Source: Thecamonas trahens ATCC 50062 (lineage: Eukaryota; Protista; Apusomonadida). From it: a DNA stretch of 64,000 nucleotides. The stretch lies in contig NW_013657678.1 of assembly GCF_000142905.1 (NCBI RefSeq), positions 434,001 to 498,000 of the forward strand. The letters run 5' to 3'. Position numbers and translations under genes: made by a program. Positions 1 to 9,851 of this stretch are shown here, piece after piece. The notes below the pieces were generated by a model, which had not been told where the DNA came from, did no database searches, and saw nothing but the letters and a program-made list of their open reading frames with translations. How positions within the stretch are numbered: position 1 is the first letter of the stretch; each line of letters starts with the position of its first letter.

Positions 1-1012
1 TATGTGGCGTCGTCACGTACGCACCGGTCCGATTAGACCATCGCGTTGCCTCAGCCTCAAAGCCTCCAGGTGTGCCCACGCCACCAGGCGCCCCATCCGA
101 GCCCTGTCCGCCACTGGGTGACGACGATTGTGCACGTAATGCAGCCATCCGCATGCTGGTCTCGACCAGAGCCTCGGCATCACCACCGGGCGACTGCGAC
201 CGCGGGCGTTGCCCGCCTCGTTCCGTCTCGACTCGCCACATACCCGGCGAGCTCGGAACTGCGGCGATCGGTGACGCTGGCGCCATTTGAGGTGCTTGCC
301 GCACAGGCGCCATCGCTGGCTCGATCAGAGGCTCCGACTCGGGCTCGGGCTCGACTGACGAGCGCGCTGCGGCCGCAGCAGCCTCGCGCGCCGCCCGCCG
401 TGCCGCCATCACTGCCGCCACCCGCGTCTGCGAGCCACTCGCATCCGCCAGCGCCACCGGCGGCGGTGAAAGAGCGACCGTTCCAGGCCCGACTGGCCGG
501 CCAATGCACATTGCCGCCTCTGGAGGTGGGACAGAGGCCGTCACGGCCGGCGGCGCCTCTTCCCGCACCGTGCCACGTTCCGCGCCGGCGCGGAGGGCGG
601 GAGGCGGAAGCGAGCTTGCTGGTCGGGAGCGGAACTCTGTACCGCCACGACCAACACTCCGTGCAGGAGGTAGCGCCGACGAGGCGCGGGCGTACTCACG
701 GAGCGAGAGGTTCCACAACTCGCGCTGTTGCTCATGCCGGGCGCGCCGGGCACGGATGCGGGCCTCCAGGCTCTCCAGTTCAGCAGAGAGCGCCCGCTGC
801 GGGCTCGACGAACCATGGACCCGCGCTTCCAGGGACGACATGACCTCGTGTAGCTCACTCTCTATCCTCTTTGGAGAAGAGTGGTCGTGGCTGTGACTGT
901 GACTGTGACAAAGGCAATGATGCCGACAGCGAGATGCCGGACGTTTGCAGCTCAACGGACTATGCGCTCGAGCGGCCGGCCGTGACCAAGACGACCGGCT
1001 CGGCGTCATCAT
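1..1012 (-). CDS. Hypothetical low-complexity/coiled-coil protein, runs off the left end of the window
   Basis: Open minus-strand frame from ATG 1012 (or ATG 841) to base 1, read manually: ...IESELHEVMSSLEARVHGSSSPQRALSAELESLEARIRARRARHEQQRELW... It is not in the ORF track because it has no stop in the window. Confidence 0.55.
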   Translation of the reverse strand, partial: MMTPSRSSWSRPAARAHSPLSCKRPASRCRHHCLCHSHSHSHDHSSPKRIESELHEVMSSLEARVHGSSSPQRALSAELESLEARIRARRARHEQQRELWNLSLREYARASSALPPARSVGRGGTEFRSRPASSLPPPALRAGAERGTVREEAPPAVTASVPPPEAAMCIGRPVGPGTVALSPPPVALADASGSQTRVAAVMAARRAAREAAAAAARSSVEPEPESEPLIEPAMAPVRQAPQMAPASPIAAVPSSPGMWRVETERGGQRPRSQSPGGDAEALVETSMRMAALRAQSSSPSGGQGSDGAPGGVGTPGGFEAEATRWSNRTGAYVTTPH

Positions 1013-1070
1013 TGCCCGATGACTCGTGTGTACTAACTCCGCAGAGGCACTGAAGGCTTTGGAAGAGGGA

Positions 1071-2465
1071 CTACTCTTCGCTTGATGGCAACTGCATGTC
1101 GTTGGCTGCAGACGGTGAGAGTGAGGCGCGGAGGAGAGCAAGCTCAATGTCGTCGGAAAAGTCCGAGGTTGACGAGAGGTTCTCCACAAGGCGGATGTAG
1201 GTGGCCGGGACGTCAGGCAGCGGTCCGGGCGGGCTCTGGCGGAGCTTGATCCAGGTCTTGGCGGTGATAGAGCACATAATGATAATGGCGCCGACGATGG
1301 ACCACGGGAGCGGGCGGTCGTGGAGGATGATGATCTGCCAGATAAAGGCAAAGACGACATCGAGCAGTCGGATGACCGAGGCCGTGCCGGCAGCAGTGCT
1401 CTGGACGCCCAGATTGATGAGTGACTGGCCGGTAAAGCCGCAAATGCCAATGCCAATAGAGCCGAGCCACTCGCTGGCACCATGCGGTGCGCGCAGCTCG
1501 CCTTGGCCAAGCGCGATGAGCGGCGGGACGATCACGCCCACAACGGCCATGTAAAAGGTGAGGATCTGGTAGTTGGCCGACTTGCCCACAATCCGGATAC
1601 ACACGTACGAGCCGGCCGAGCACCACGCGCCAAAGAGCGCCAGGCCGATCGCAAGCCACCGCTGGCCAGAGGTGACCGACGCATCGCTCGCCGCGCCCGA
1701 CGACGAGCCAAAGATGGCTACCGGCTGGGCCACACACACCACGCCGACCATGGCCACCAGCGAGATGGCCAGGTCGAGCGCCGTAAACCGCTCGCCTAGC
1801 ACAATCCGCGCCGCCACGCCGGCAAAGACCGCTGACGAGAAGAACAGCGCCTGCGAGTCACCCAGAGGAAGGTATTGCATGGCAAAGTAGATGGCCGAAA
1901 CGCCCGAGATGCCAAAGACGCCGCGCATGACCAGCACGATCTTGCGCTTGAGTGGCCACTCGGCCTTGTACGGCGAAATGGCATGGTACCACAGATAGAA
2001 AATCGCCAGAACGAGTTGCACCATTGCCCGAATGAACACTAGGTTAAACGACGAGAGCGACGAGCCCACGACCTTGACCAACAGCGACATGACCGAGAAG
2101 ACAAAGGCCGAGAGCGCCACCAGAGTGATGCCCACCACGTGCCGCCAGCGATCCGGCAGCAGTGCCGTCATCCAGTCGTCATCCCCACCGGTTCCACCGC
2201 TCTCGCCCTCCATCTCTGTCAGGCGGCTTGGTCTCACTCTTGTCATCGAATTGCTTCTGCTCGATGGCAATGTCGCCATCGCCTTCCCGTCGCCGTCAGA
2301 CGATCCGCTGCGGGTGCAGCTCCAAAGAGTGCCGCCGCTCACGCTGTCCTCGTTGTCGCCGCAGTCCACCTCCGACTCGCGCTCTCCCTGGCTCACGTTC
2401 ACGTCTCGGCTAGGCTCGACTTCGAAGCCTTCTGGAAGTAGCACACGCTCTGGTGGTCGGCCCAT
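1071..2465 (-). CDS. EamA/DMT family transporter (SLC35G-like)
   Basis: About 10 hydrophobic helices in two EamA repeats (ALSAFVFSVMSLLVK; LVMRGVFG; YLPLGDSQALFFSSAVF; VLGERF; GQSLINLGVQ; AFIWQIIILHD...WSIVGAIII). Start taken at MGRPP (2465) because the 5' part of the listed ORF overlaps the next gene. Confidence 0.85.
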   Translation of the reverse strand: MGRPPERVLLPEGFEVEPSRDVNVSQGERESEVDCGDNEDSVSGGTLWSCTRSGSSDGDGKAMATLPSSRSNSMTRVRPSRLTEMEGESGGTGGDDDWMTALLPDRWRHVVGITLVALSAFVFSVMSLLVKVVGSSLSSFNLVFIRAMVQLVLAIFYLWYHAISPYKAEWPLKRKIVLVMRGVFGISGVSAIYFAMQYLPLGDSQALFFSSAVFAGVAARIVLGERFTALDLAISLVAMVGVVCVAQPVAIFGSSSGAASDASVTSGQRWLAIGLALFGAWCSAGSYVCIRIVGKSANYQILTFYMAVVGVIVPPLIALGQGELRAPHGASEWLGSIGIGICGFTGQSLINLGVQSTAAGTASVIRLLDVVFAFIWQIIILHDRPLPWSIVGAIIIMCSITAKTWIKLRQSPPGPLPDVPATYIRLVENLSSTSDFSDDIELALLRASLSPSAANDMQLPSSEE

Positions 2466-2616
2466 GTTGCCTTTCCTGCGTGTCGCTTCCGGTCGCTGTC
2501 TCGGTGACGTGTTACCCCGCTCACCGGCAAATGGAGTAATGACCAAATGCGCTACGCGGTGCGACAAAAGGCTGACAAGGTGCGGACTCGAGAGTAGCAA
2601 CTGTTTCCACGGCTTG

Positions 2617-5196
2617 TTACTCTGATCCTCGCCTCGATTGGCCGCGAGAAAACAGGCCCATCGGGGTTGTGTCTGGTGGGGCAATTGGGAGTAGACCGGT
2701 TGATGGCGAGCAGGCGAGCTCGTCCGAGAGCTCGGTCTCTGACTCGGCCGACCCAATGACGCGGCCTGAGTCGTCCGACGCCCGGCGCGACTGGCCGCGC
2801 GAGAAGAGGCCGATGTCGGCGGGATCTGATGAGCCTGGCGCAAGTCCGCCTGGGTTACTTCTGTTTCCGACGTGGTCCAGCGAGCTCGACGAGGCCGAAA
2901 TGAGCGTGAGGGTGTCCTGCCGCGAGAACGGCAGCTGCGCCGCAGGGTCCGGCGGCGGGACCACAATGCTGAGCGACTCGTGCGCTGATGACTCGCTGCA
3001 CTCGAGCATGTCATCCGAGACGCCCGTAGAAATGTCGGGCAGCGTCGGAGTGCGGGAAAAGATTGCGCTAGCAGGCGCGGTGGACATGAGTCGGGCGTTG
3101 TCGTCGGGCGGCGCGTGGAGGATGGGCGACGAGCCCGAGGCCGCGACCGAGCTCGGTCCCGACGGCGCAAGCGAGTTTTGTGAGCGCGAGCTGTTGACCT
3201 TGGATCCCGAATTTGAGGAAATAATGCCATGCGACGAGCGACTCGAGTCGATGCTTGATGATGAGGCCGACGATGACGAGCGTGCCGAGCGGGCCGAGAG
3301 AGGCGAGCCCGGTGAGCGCGACACGGTCCGCGAATGTGAGCCCGGGATGGTCATGCCGTCGTTGCGGACTGGCGAGAGACCACCTGCGAACGATGACCTT
3401 GACGCAGTCTCCATGATCGACATGCGACGACGTGCGCGGATGGCGGGCTTGTGGGTGAAGTCAATGGAGCGGTTCTTGGCTGGCGAGGAGGGTAGCGACG
3501 ACACGCCACTGACATCGGCAGCCGAGCCGCGCCGGCCGGTTGCCAGCGCAGCGAGCTGGCTCGAGAGCTGCTTGGCAAAGTCTTCGTCGGAAAAAATGAC
3601 CGAGTGGTCATAGCCGGACCGCGAGATGGCGGTGGTACTTGCCATCTCATGCGACCCGGACGTCCGGCGGCGGAGCGTTCGCGGCGGCGGTGAGTCGCCG
3701 TGAGGAATACGCTGCCACAGCTGGTGTGGTTCCGACCCGGATCGCTGGCTGTCGTTGAGCTGCCCGCGATGGCGCCGCGGTGAGCGCGAGACTCCTGTCG
3801 GGTTGCGCTCGCAGCGTTCGAGGACTTCAAAGGCCACATGCGGCGAGCCGACAATGTCCAACACGGCCTGAAAGACTGCGCGGCGAGTGAGACTATGCCC
3901 GAGCCGTCCGCCCTGCCCGAGAGAGACCGACGGCGAGCGCTGGCGCACCGACGTTGGTGCGGGAGGCAACGAGCCGTGAATTGGTGTGCCCGGCAGAGAT
4001 GGCGGTGGAATCGGCGTGATGAGCCCGCGGTCGTCGACAGATGAGCCCGAACGCGAGATTACCAGGGCGGCGGCGGTGCCCGGTCGCAAAGGCGAGGTGA
4101 GCGTAAAGATGCTGCACCACATAAGGGCTACTGCAGTGAGCGGAAGCAAGGCAAACCAAACCGCGGTGGCAATAGCGATTGAGACGACGCCAAGCGCCGG
4201 GTGCCAGCCACCAGCCCACTGGTGGACCGAGGCGATGGTGAAGCACGCCTCCAGTGTAAGACCGAGATGGAGCGAGGGAATAAAGACAGTGTTCAGCATG
4301 GTGCTCCAAAACTCTGACGCCCGGGCCTCCAGCTCACTCATTGCCACAAACGCCAGGCGGCAGATGACGGCAGTGGCGATGGCGAGGCCGGTATGCAGCG
4401 GAAGAATCCAATACCATGAGGTGACAGGATCCCACTCGCCACGGGCGGCGACAAAGAGCCAGGCCAACAGGCCTAGTCCTGTAAAAGCAAGGTAGACCGA
4501 CGGCCCGGCGCGGGCAAAGACTTGCAGTGCCAGCCAGCGCGGGACCGTCATCAGCGGATGGATCTGCACCGCGGCGTCGCGGACGTCTGGCCGCCGCGCA
4601 AGCGCCCGGTAGACTCTGAGCAAACACGCGTTCTGCCACTGTTTGCTGCCCGTAGAGCCTGCTACCACCCGCCACAGCGGCGGAAGCGGCGGCAGCGCAT
4701 CAGGCGGGAGCGGGAGCTCGGTCTCCCGGCCGGCAAGCGGTGGCGGGAGGGCCAGGACGGCGTCAAACGGTTCCAGAAAGGCTCTCGCGAGTACAATTGC
4801 CATGACTCCGCTTGCGCCGGCCGCCATCAAAGCCGCCAGCGCGATTGCAAGACCGGCAATGATGATCAGATACGCTAGCTCGGCAACGGTGGCAACGCCA
4901 GCCGCATCCGGGAGCGGGCGAAAGATGGCGAGGGTGAGCGCAAGGAACAGAGCAGCAAGAGCGAGCGGGAGAGCGGCAGACGCAGCGCGAATGAGCAGCG
5001 GGTTTGCCAGCAGTCTCGCCAGTGGATGAGGCGCAGCAGCCTTTGCCTGCGGCCAGAGACGGAGCAGAGCAGCAGCCAGTGTCGCCGTTGCCGCCACCAC
5101 CACCCCACACACCAGCAAGGTCTGCGAGTGCCTGGCGCCATAGCTGAGGGCAAGCACCTCGCATGGCCAAGGTTCGCCCAACCGAGTGGATGACAT
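2617..5196 (-). CDS. Hypothetical multi-pass membrane protein with long Ser/Pro-rich tail
   Basis: Within the 898-aa ORF; about 8 hydrophobic segments in the N-terminal half and a Ser-rich disordered C-terminal half. ATG at 5196 (MSSTRLG). Confidence 0.7.
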   Translation of the reverse strand: MSSTRLGEPWPCEVLALSYGARHSQTLLVCGVVVAATATLAAALLRLWPQAKAAAPHPLARLLANPLLIRAASAALPLALAALFLALTLAIFRPLPDAAGVATVAELAYLIIIAGLAIALAALMAAGASGVMAIVLARAFLEPFDAVLALPPPLAGRETELPLPPDALPPLPPLWRVVAGSTGSKQWQNACLLRVYRALARRPDVRDAAVQIHPLMTVPRWLALQVFARAGPSVYLAFTGLGLLAWLFVAARGEWDPVTSWYWILPLHTGLAIATAVICRLAFVAMSELEARASEFWSTMLNTVFIPSLHLGLTLEACFTIASVHQWAGGWHPALGVVSIAIATAVWFALLPLTAVALMWCSIFTLTSPLRPGTAAALVISRSGSSVDDRGLITPIPPPSLPGTPIHGSLPPAPTSVRQRSPSVSLGQGGRLGHSLTRRAVFQAVLDIVGSPHVAFEVLERCERNPTGVSRSPRRHRGQLNDSQRSGSEPHQLWQRIPHGDSPPPRTLRRRTSGSHEMASTTAISRSGYDHSVIFSDEDFAKQLSSQLAALATGRRGSAADVSGVSSLPSSPAKNRSIDFTHKPAIRARRRMSIMETASRSSFAGGLSPVRNDGMTIPGSHSRTVSRSPGSPLSARSARSSSSASSSSIDSSRSSHGIISSNSGSKVNSSRSQNSLAPSGPSSVAASGSSPILHAPPDDNARLMSTAPASAIFSRTPTLPDISTGVSDDMLECSESSAHESLSIVVPPPDPAAQLPFSRQDTLTLISASSSSLDHVGNRSNPGGLAPGSSDPADIGLFSRGQSRRASDDSGRVIGSAESETELSDELACSPSTGLLPIAPPDTTPMGLFSRGQSRRGSE

Positions 5197-6033
5197 GCCC
5201 AGGGCACAGAAAGGGGGGGAGGAGGTGGGCAGAGAGAGAGAGAGTTGGTTGGTCGTTGGTTGCTCGGTGTTGGTCCTGTCAGCCTCGTTACCCGGTGGAG
5301 TCTTGCCTGCCACACCTCGCCAACGGAACGTGCCGGCAGAAGGGGTGAACGGGCGAACGGGCGAACGGGCGACCTATGGTGGTCATGGTGATGATGATCG
5401 GGCGGGTGGGTAACGGAGGGAATGATGCTATCGGGTGCTATGAGGGTTGAGGGTGGCAGTGAGAGGGGGTGTTTTTGTTGTGCCAGTAGTTGTTGCGGAT
5501 GAGGTGGGGCGTGAGGCGGCGGGCGGGGTGGGGGGGGGGGGGGGGGGGGGGGGGAGCTTAGCGGCGAGCTTGGGGGTCTGGGCACTCGTCTCCGTGCGGG
5601 ATAGTTATCACAGACATATCTGCATAGACAGGCATGAACGAAGTGGCTCTCATTCATGGCTTGCCTGATGTGGTACTGATGGGCTGGAATGGGCTAGTCC
5701 GGGCTGTCACCCTCGGGCGGTGGCGGCCACTGACAGTGGCTTGGGCGGGGGTGGCTGTCATGGCGGCAGGAGTGGTGGGTGCGGCGTTGTCGGTGGCGAG
5801 GCGGATGGTGATGATGGAGCGTGTCGCGGGAAGTCATAGGCTTGTAGCGGAAGGGTCGATGCAATCGTCGCGGGCTTTGGCGGCAGAGATCATGGCTGGG
5901 TGGCGGCTGCCGGTGCCACTCCGGGCCGTGGTGCGGAGCGTGGCCATCGGCCTGGTCATGGTGTGGCGTGTGGCTGGCGGGCGAACGCGGAGCTGAGTGC
6001 AGGTGGGCATGGGGATGGCGTTCATGTTGATGG

Positions 6034-7485
6034 CTAGATGATGCCATTGGCGAGGGCGTCGATGGCAGCGACGGCGGCGGCGAGACCGACAGCTGAGATC
6101 TTGGCAAAGGTCGCGAGCACCGACGACGACGAGGCCTGGCGGAGGCGGCGCCGGGCAAGAGCCTCACGGGTGAACGCCGGCGTGCGGACGCCTTCCTCGG
6201 TCATGAGAAGCTTAGCAAAGGCAAGCTCGTCAATGTGGGAGCCGCGCCACTCGGACACGATGTACGGCAGCATGTGGTCCGGGACAACGAGGGCAACCCA
6301 GGGCGTCGGCGCGCAGTTGGCGTCGGCGTCGGCCGCGCCGGTGGGGAGATCGCCAGCGCTGGCAGTAGAGCCGCCATCGCGGAGCGACTCGAGCGCCAGC
6401 AGCCGCTGGACGGCAGCGGCAGTAAACTTGGCACGCTCTGACGTCCACACGTTGTGCTTGTGGGTGGCGACGTCAAGGACAAACGAGCGCAGGCGGGTCG
6501 GGACGCGGGCGGTGCCGGCCTTCAGCTTGGCCTCCAGCTCGTCCTTTGTGGCATCGTCGTCGTAGTTGCCCGAGCGTGCGGCAGCAGCGAGTCGCTCCTG
6601 AGAAAGCTGGTAGGTGAACTGGTAGCGGGCGGCGCGCTGAGCACGCGACACTGCCTTGTGGGCGGTGTAGTACCGCTGGAGGGTGATCCACTCTGGCCGA
6701 TCGACGAGCCAGAGGTCCGAGCCCGCAGCAGCGGCGGCGCCGACGAGGCTCTCGGCGCCCTGAAGCGCCTCGACCTCGTCGTCGCGGACCACATCGGGCT
6801 GGTAGGCGTCTGCCGCGCCAGCAGCGGCGCGATTGCAGGCATCCAGCGCTTCCTGGGTCGACTTCCACCACGCGGCCGGAACCGCGCCGGTGCCTCGGAC
6901 AGCTGCGGGAACCCGGAGCGGCGCAGATGCGGCGGCAGCTTCATCGCCGTCGCCGTCACTGTCGCTCGCCGGCTTGCTGGTTGGCGAGAGCCGATGCAGT
7001 AGCGAGAGCGGAGCGTCGAGCTCCATCTCTGGCGGCACGCCCGCGATCAGATGCGGGTCCAGCACACCGTCCGAAACAGAGACAAAGCTCCGCGCGCCCG
7101 CAAATTCCGCTCCGCTCTCGGGATCGACGGCCAGTGCAAGAGCCAGCGGCGTCTCACTCGGCTCCAGCAGAGCTAGCGCGTCAGCCAAGGCGTGAGCAGC
7201 TTCGACCGAGCCGACAGCAAAGGCATGGACAGCCACGGGCGAAGCCGGCGAGTACGGCAGCACCGTATGAGCCGGTAGGGCCTGATCATTGCTCTTTGAA
7301 CCAGCTTCTGCACTCGATGCCTGTGACGCCATGGCTGAGGTAGTAAAGGCCATGGCACCGCCAGCACAGCGAAAGCCCATCGATGGGTCCAGCAGGGCCG
7401 AGCTCGCCCCCGTCCTCTGAGCGGTTGCCCGAGTCGTCACCACCGCCGCCGTCCTGGCGAGGACCAGAGCCCTGAGCGGATGCAT
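6034..7485 (-). CDS. Divergent TraB/PrgY (TRABD-like) protein with mitochondrial-type presequence
   Basis: N-terminus MHPLRALVLARTAAVVTTRATAQR is Arg/Ala/Thr-rich with no acidic residues. Motifs LWLVDRPEWITLQR, WTSERAKFTA and WVALVVPDHM resemble the TraB motifs DRp..iT..R, ERD..ma and vVaVVGagH. Hydrophobic C-terminus. Confidence 0.55.
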   Translation of the reverse strand: MHPLRALVLARTAAVVTTRATAQRTGASSALLDPSMGFRCAGGAMAFTTSAMASQASSAEAGSKSNDQALPAHTVLPYSPASPVAVHAFAVGSVEAAHALADALALLEPSETPLALALAVDPESGAEFAGARSFVSVSDGVLDPHLIAGVPPEMELDAPLSLLHRLSPTSKPASDSDGDGDEAAAASAPLRVPAAVRGTGAVPAAWWKSTQEALDACNRAAAGAADAYQPDVVRDDEVEALQGAESLVGAAAAAGSDLWLVDRPEWITLQRYYTAHKAVSRAQRAARYQFTYQLSQERLAAAARSGNYDDDATKDELEAKLKAGTARVPTRLRSFVLDVATHKHNVWTSERAKFTAAAVQRLLALESLRDGGSTASAGDLPTGAADADANCAPTPWVALVVPDHMLPYIVSEWRGSHIDELAFAKLLMTEEGVRTPAFTREALARRRLRQASSSSVLATFAKISAVGLAAAVAAIDALANGII

Positions 7486-7868
7486 GAAGTGGGGCGTGCT
7501 GTTGTGGTGTGGATGGGTGTGGTCTGTGGTCGAGTGGTGTGGCAGGGGAAAGGTGTGCGTTGGCGTCTGTGGTGAGGCGTGCGGGGTGTGGTGGGAGCAG
7601 AGGCAGCGGGGTTGGGGGATGGACGGCGAGCCGCCGAGTCAGAGGAGGAAGGGGGGGGGGGGGGGGGGGAAGGGACTTCGTGGCATCATGGACGAGGGAG
7701 GGGTGAAGAACGAGAGTATTCCATGTCTTTGGTCCCGGGATGCAGGCGATAGTCGCCGATGAGGGATTTGGCAAGAGTACATGGCTGGAGCAGTCGCATC
7801 AGGGAAAGCCATCAGGGGGTAAGGGGGGGGGGGGGGGGCGGGGAGTGGCAGTCGGCCGGACACGTTGA

Positions 7869-8394
7869 NNNNNNNNNNNNNNNNNNNNNNNNNNNNNNNN
7901 NNNNNNNNNNNNNNNNNNNNNNNNNNNNNNNNNNNNNNNNNNNNNNNNNNNNNNNNNNNNNNNNNNNNNNNNNNNNNNNNNNNNNNNNNNNNNNNNNNNN
8001 NNNNNNNNNNNNNNNNNNNNNNNNNNNNNNNNNNNNNNNNNNNNNNNNNNNNNNNNNNNNNNNNNNNNNNNNNNNNNNNNNNNNNNNNNNNNNNNNNNNN
8101 NNNNNNNNNNNNNNNNNNNNNNNNNNNNNNNNNNNNNNNNNNNNNNNNNNNNNNNNNNNNNNNNNNNNNNNNNNNNNNNNNNNNNNNNNNNNNNNNNNNN
8201 NNNNNNNNNNNNNNNNNNNNNNNNNNNNNNNNNNNNNNNNNNNNNNNNNNNNNNNNNNNNNNNNNNNNNNNNNNNNNNNNNNNNNNNNNNNNNNNNNNNN
8301 NNNNNNNNNNNNNNNNNNNNNNNNNNNNNNNNNNNNNNNNNNNNNNNNNNNNNNNNNNNNNNNNNNNNNNNNNNNNNNNNNNNNNNNNNNNNNN
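7869..8394. other. Assembly gap (run of N)
   Basis: 526 N characters, with poly-G tracts nearby on both sides. Confidence 1.
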
Positions 8395-8584
8395 GGGGGG
8401 GGGGGAGAGGGTGCAGTGCCGGCGGGGCGGGTGTGGGGCCAATGCCGCGCACAGACACGTCCACCACAGCGACACACACACTCTCTCTGACACACACACT
8501 CACACACACTCACTCACTTATACTTTCCTTTGTCGCCACACTCGTCTACCGGTACTCGCTTGGTCTCTTCTGCTACTTCTGCCA

Positions 8585-9838
8585 ATGCTTCGTGTTGGCT
8601 TGGGCAAGGCCATGGGCGTGGCGGTCTCACATGCCCCGCGGCCGGCTATGGCAGCTCTCCCGCTCTCGGGCTCGAAGAGGCTCACTGGCTCATTGGCAGC
8701 CTCGCTGGTGGCCTCGGTCCGCAATATGAGGCCGATGCTTGTGCGGCGTGCAAGCAGTGGAGCAAGCGCTGGGGCAGAGCCTGCAGGAGAGCCCGAGAGA
8801 GAGCGTACCGCAGAGCTTGTGGGCGAGGCGACCGAGGCGACGACGGTGGTGGCAGCTGGTGAAGAGGCGCGGCGGGGAATGGCTCCGGACTCGGGCTTGT
8901 GGGAGACGGATGAGGAAAGCCGGGCGCGGATGGCGATGTGGGAGCGTGCGTGGGATGCTACTGTGGCGCCTGCGTGGACGGCGTTTGCAGGCTCGGAGAT
9001 CGGGCGGGCGAGCTTGGCGGCGGCGCGGTCGGTCTTTGACTCGCTGTTCGAGTACAAGCCGCTGGGTCGGGGCCGGCCGATGGGCTTTTCGCCGGGCAAG
9101 GTCAAGCTGGACAAGGGCCGGCTGTTTTCCAAGTGGAACCTGCCCAAGGCACTCGAGTTTCTTGCCCTGGAGCTGCCGCTGCCCAAGTTTGGCTTTGATC
9201 TCGCGCCGCCGGTTACCGAGGAGACGCTGTTCCGGTTCATGGCGTCGATGCAGGAGTTTGGCTCTGTCTTTTCGCATGCGCGTGACACTGACGAGAAGAC
9301 GCGACATCTGGTACTGGCACGAATGCTGCAGGAGGTGCTCACGCCATACACCCACCTCTCGATCAACATCGGCAAGAAGCTGGCGGGGCGGTACGCCGAG
9401 GGCCCCGTCCAGTTTTCGATTGGCCCACCGACGTTCCCGCCACACATGCCGGCGATTGTGGTCGTCTCTGCGCCGCCGTCAGGCTTTGACAAGGCGCGCG
9501 GCATGCTGTTTGTCCAGCTCCACGCTGCCTTTGAGCGCAACACCGTCAACCGCAAGTACTACGACCGGCTGTTTGGCGTAGTGACCGACACCCGGCACTG
9601 GTGGTTCTACATCTACGACCCGCTCGCCCACCAGTTCTATGAGTCGGAGCTCATTCTGGTCAACGACTTTTTCGACACGCCCAGCATCGAGGCTCTGCTC
9701 TGCGCCCTCAACCAGGTCATGGCCGAGGCCAACGTCATTGTCTCGTCGAACCGGGTCCAGGACGACGATGTCAAGCATGCGGCTGAGGCTGCGGTCCAGG
9801 CCTTCCAACCGTTTGGCGGCAAGCGGCAAGCACTGTGA
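8585..9838 (+). CDS. Mitochondrial-presequence protein with C-terminal restriction-endonuclease-like (Crinkler-type PD-(D/E)XK) domain, probably inactive
   Basis: ATG 8585 MLRVGLGKAM...LVRRASS. C-terminal GRYAEGPVQFSI...IVVVSAP...LFVQLHAA...LFGVVTDTRHWWF resembles the G..G.vDy / EvK / Q..vQl / GivTd...W.F pattern. Confidence 0.6.
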   Translation: MLRVGLGKAMGVAVSHAPRPAMAALPLSGSKRLTGSLAASLVASVRNMRPMLVRRASSGASAGAEPAGEPERERTAELVGEATEATTVVAAGEEARRGMAPDSGLWETDEESRARMAMWERAWDATVAPAWTAFAGSEIGRASLAAARSVFDSLFEYKPLGRGRPMGFSPGKVKLDKGRLFSKWNLPKALEFLALELPLPKFGFDLAPPVTEETLFRFMASMQEFGSVFSHARDTDEKTRHLVLARMLQEVLTPYTHLSINIGKKLAGRYAEGPVQFSIGPPTFPPHMPAIVVVSAPPSGFDKARGMLFVQLHAAFERNTVNRKYYDRLFGVVTDTRHWWFYIYDPLAHQFYESELILVNDFFDTPSIEALLCALNQVMAEANVIVSSNRVQDDDVKHAAEAAVQAFQPFGGKRQAL

Positions 9839-9851
9839 GATGCAGCTGCGT

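Noticed and set aside
46-843. 265-aa plus-strand ORF
   Set aside because: Pro/Arg-rich shadow of a more protein-like minus-strand frame.
2466-3230. N-terminal extension of the EamA ORF
   Set aside because: Mostly an alternative frame overlapping the upstream gene; Arg/Ser junk composition.
5634-6167. His-rich minus ORF and hydrophobic plus ORF
   Set aside because: Short, low-complexity results of strand-skewed intergenic/UTR sequence; no motif. Cannot be fully excluded.
7639-8513. ORFs spanning the X run
   Set aside because: Artefacts of translating the N gap.
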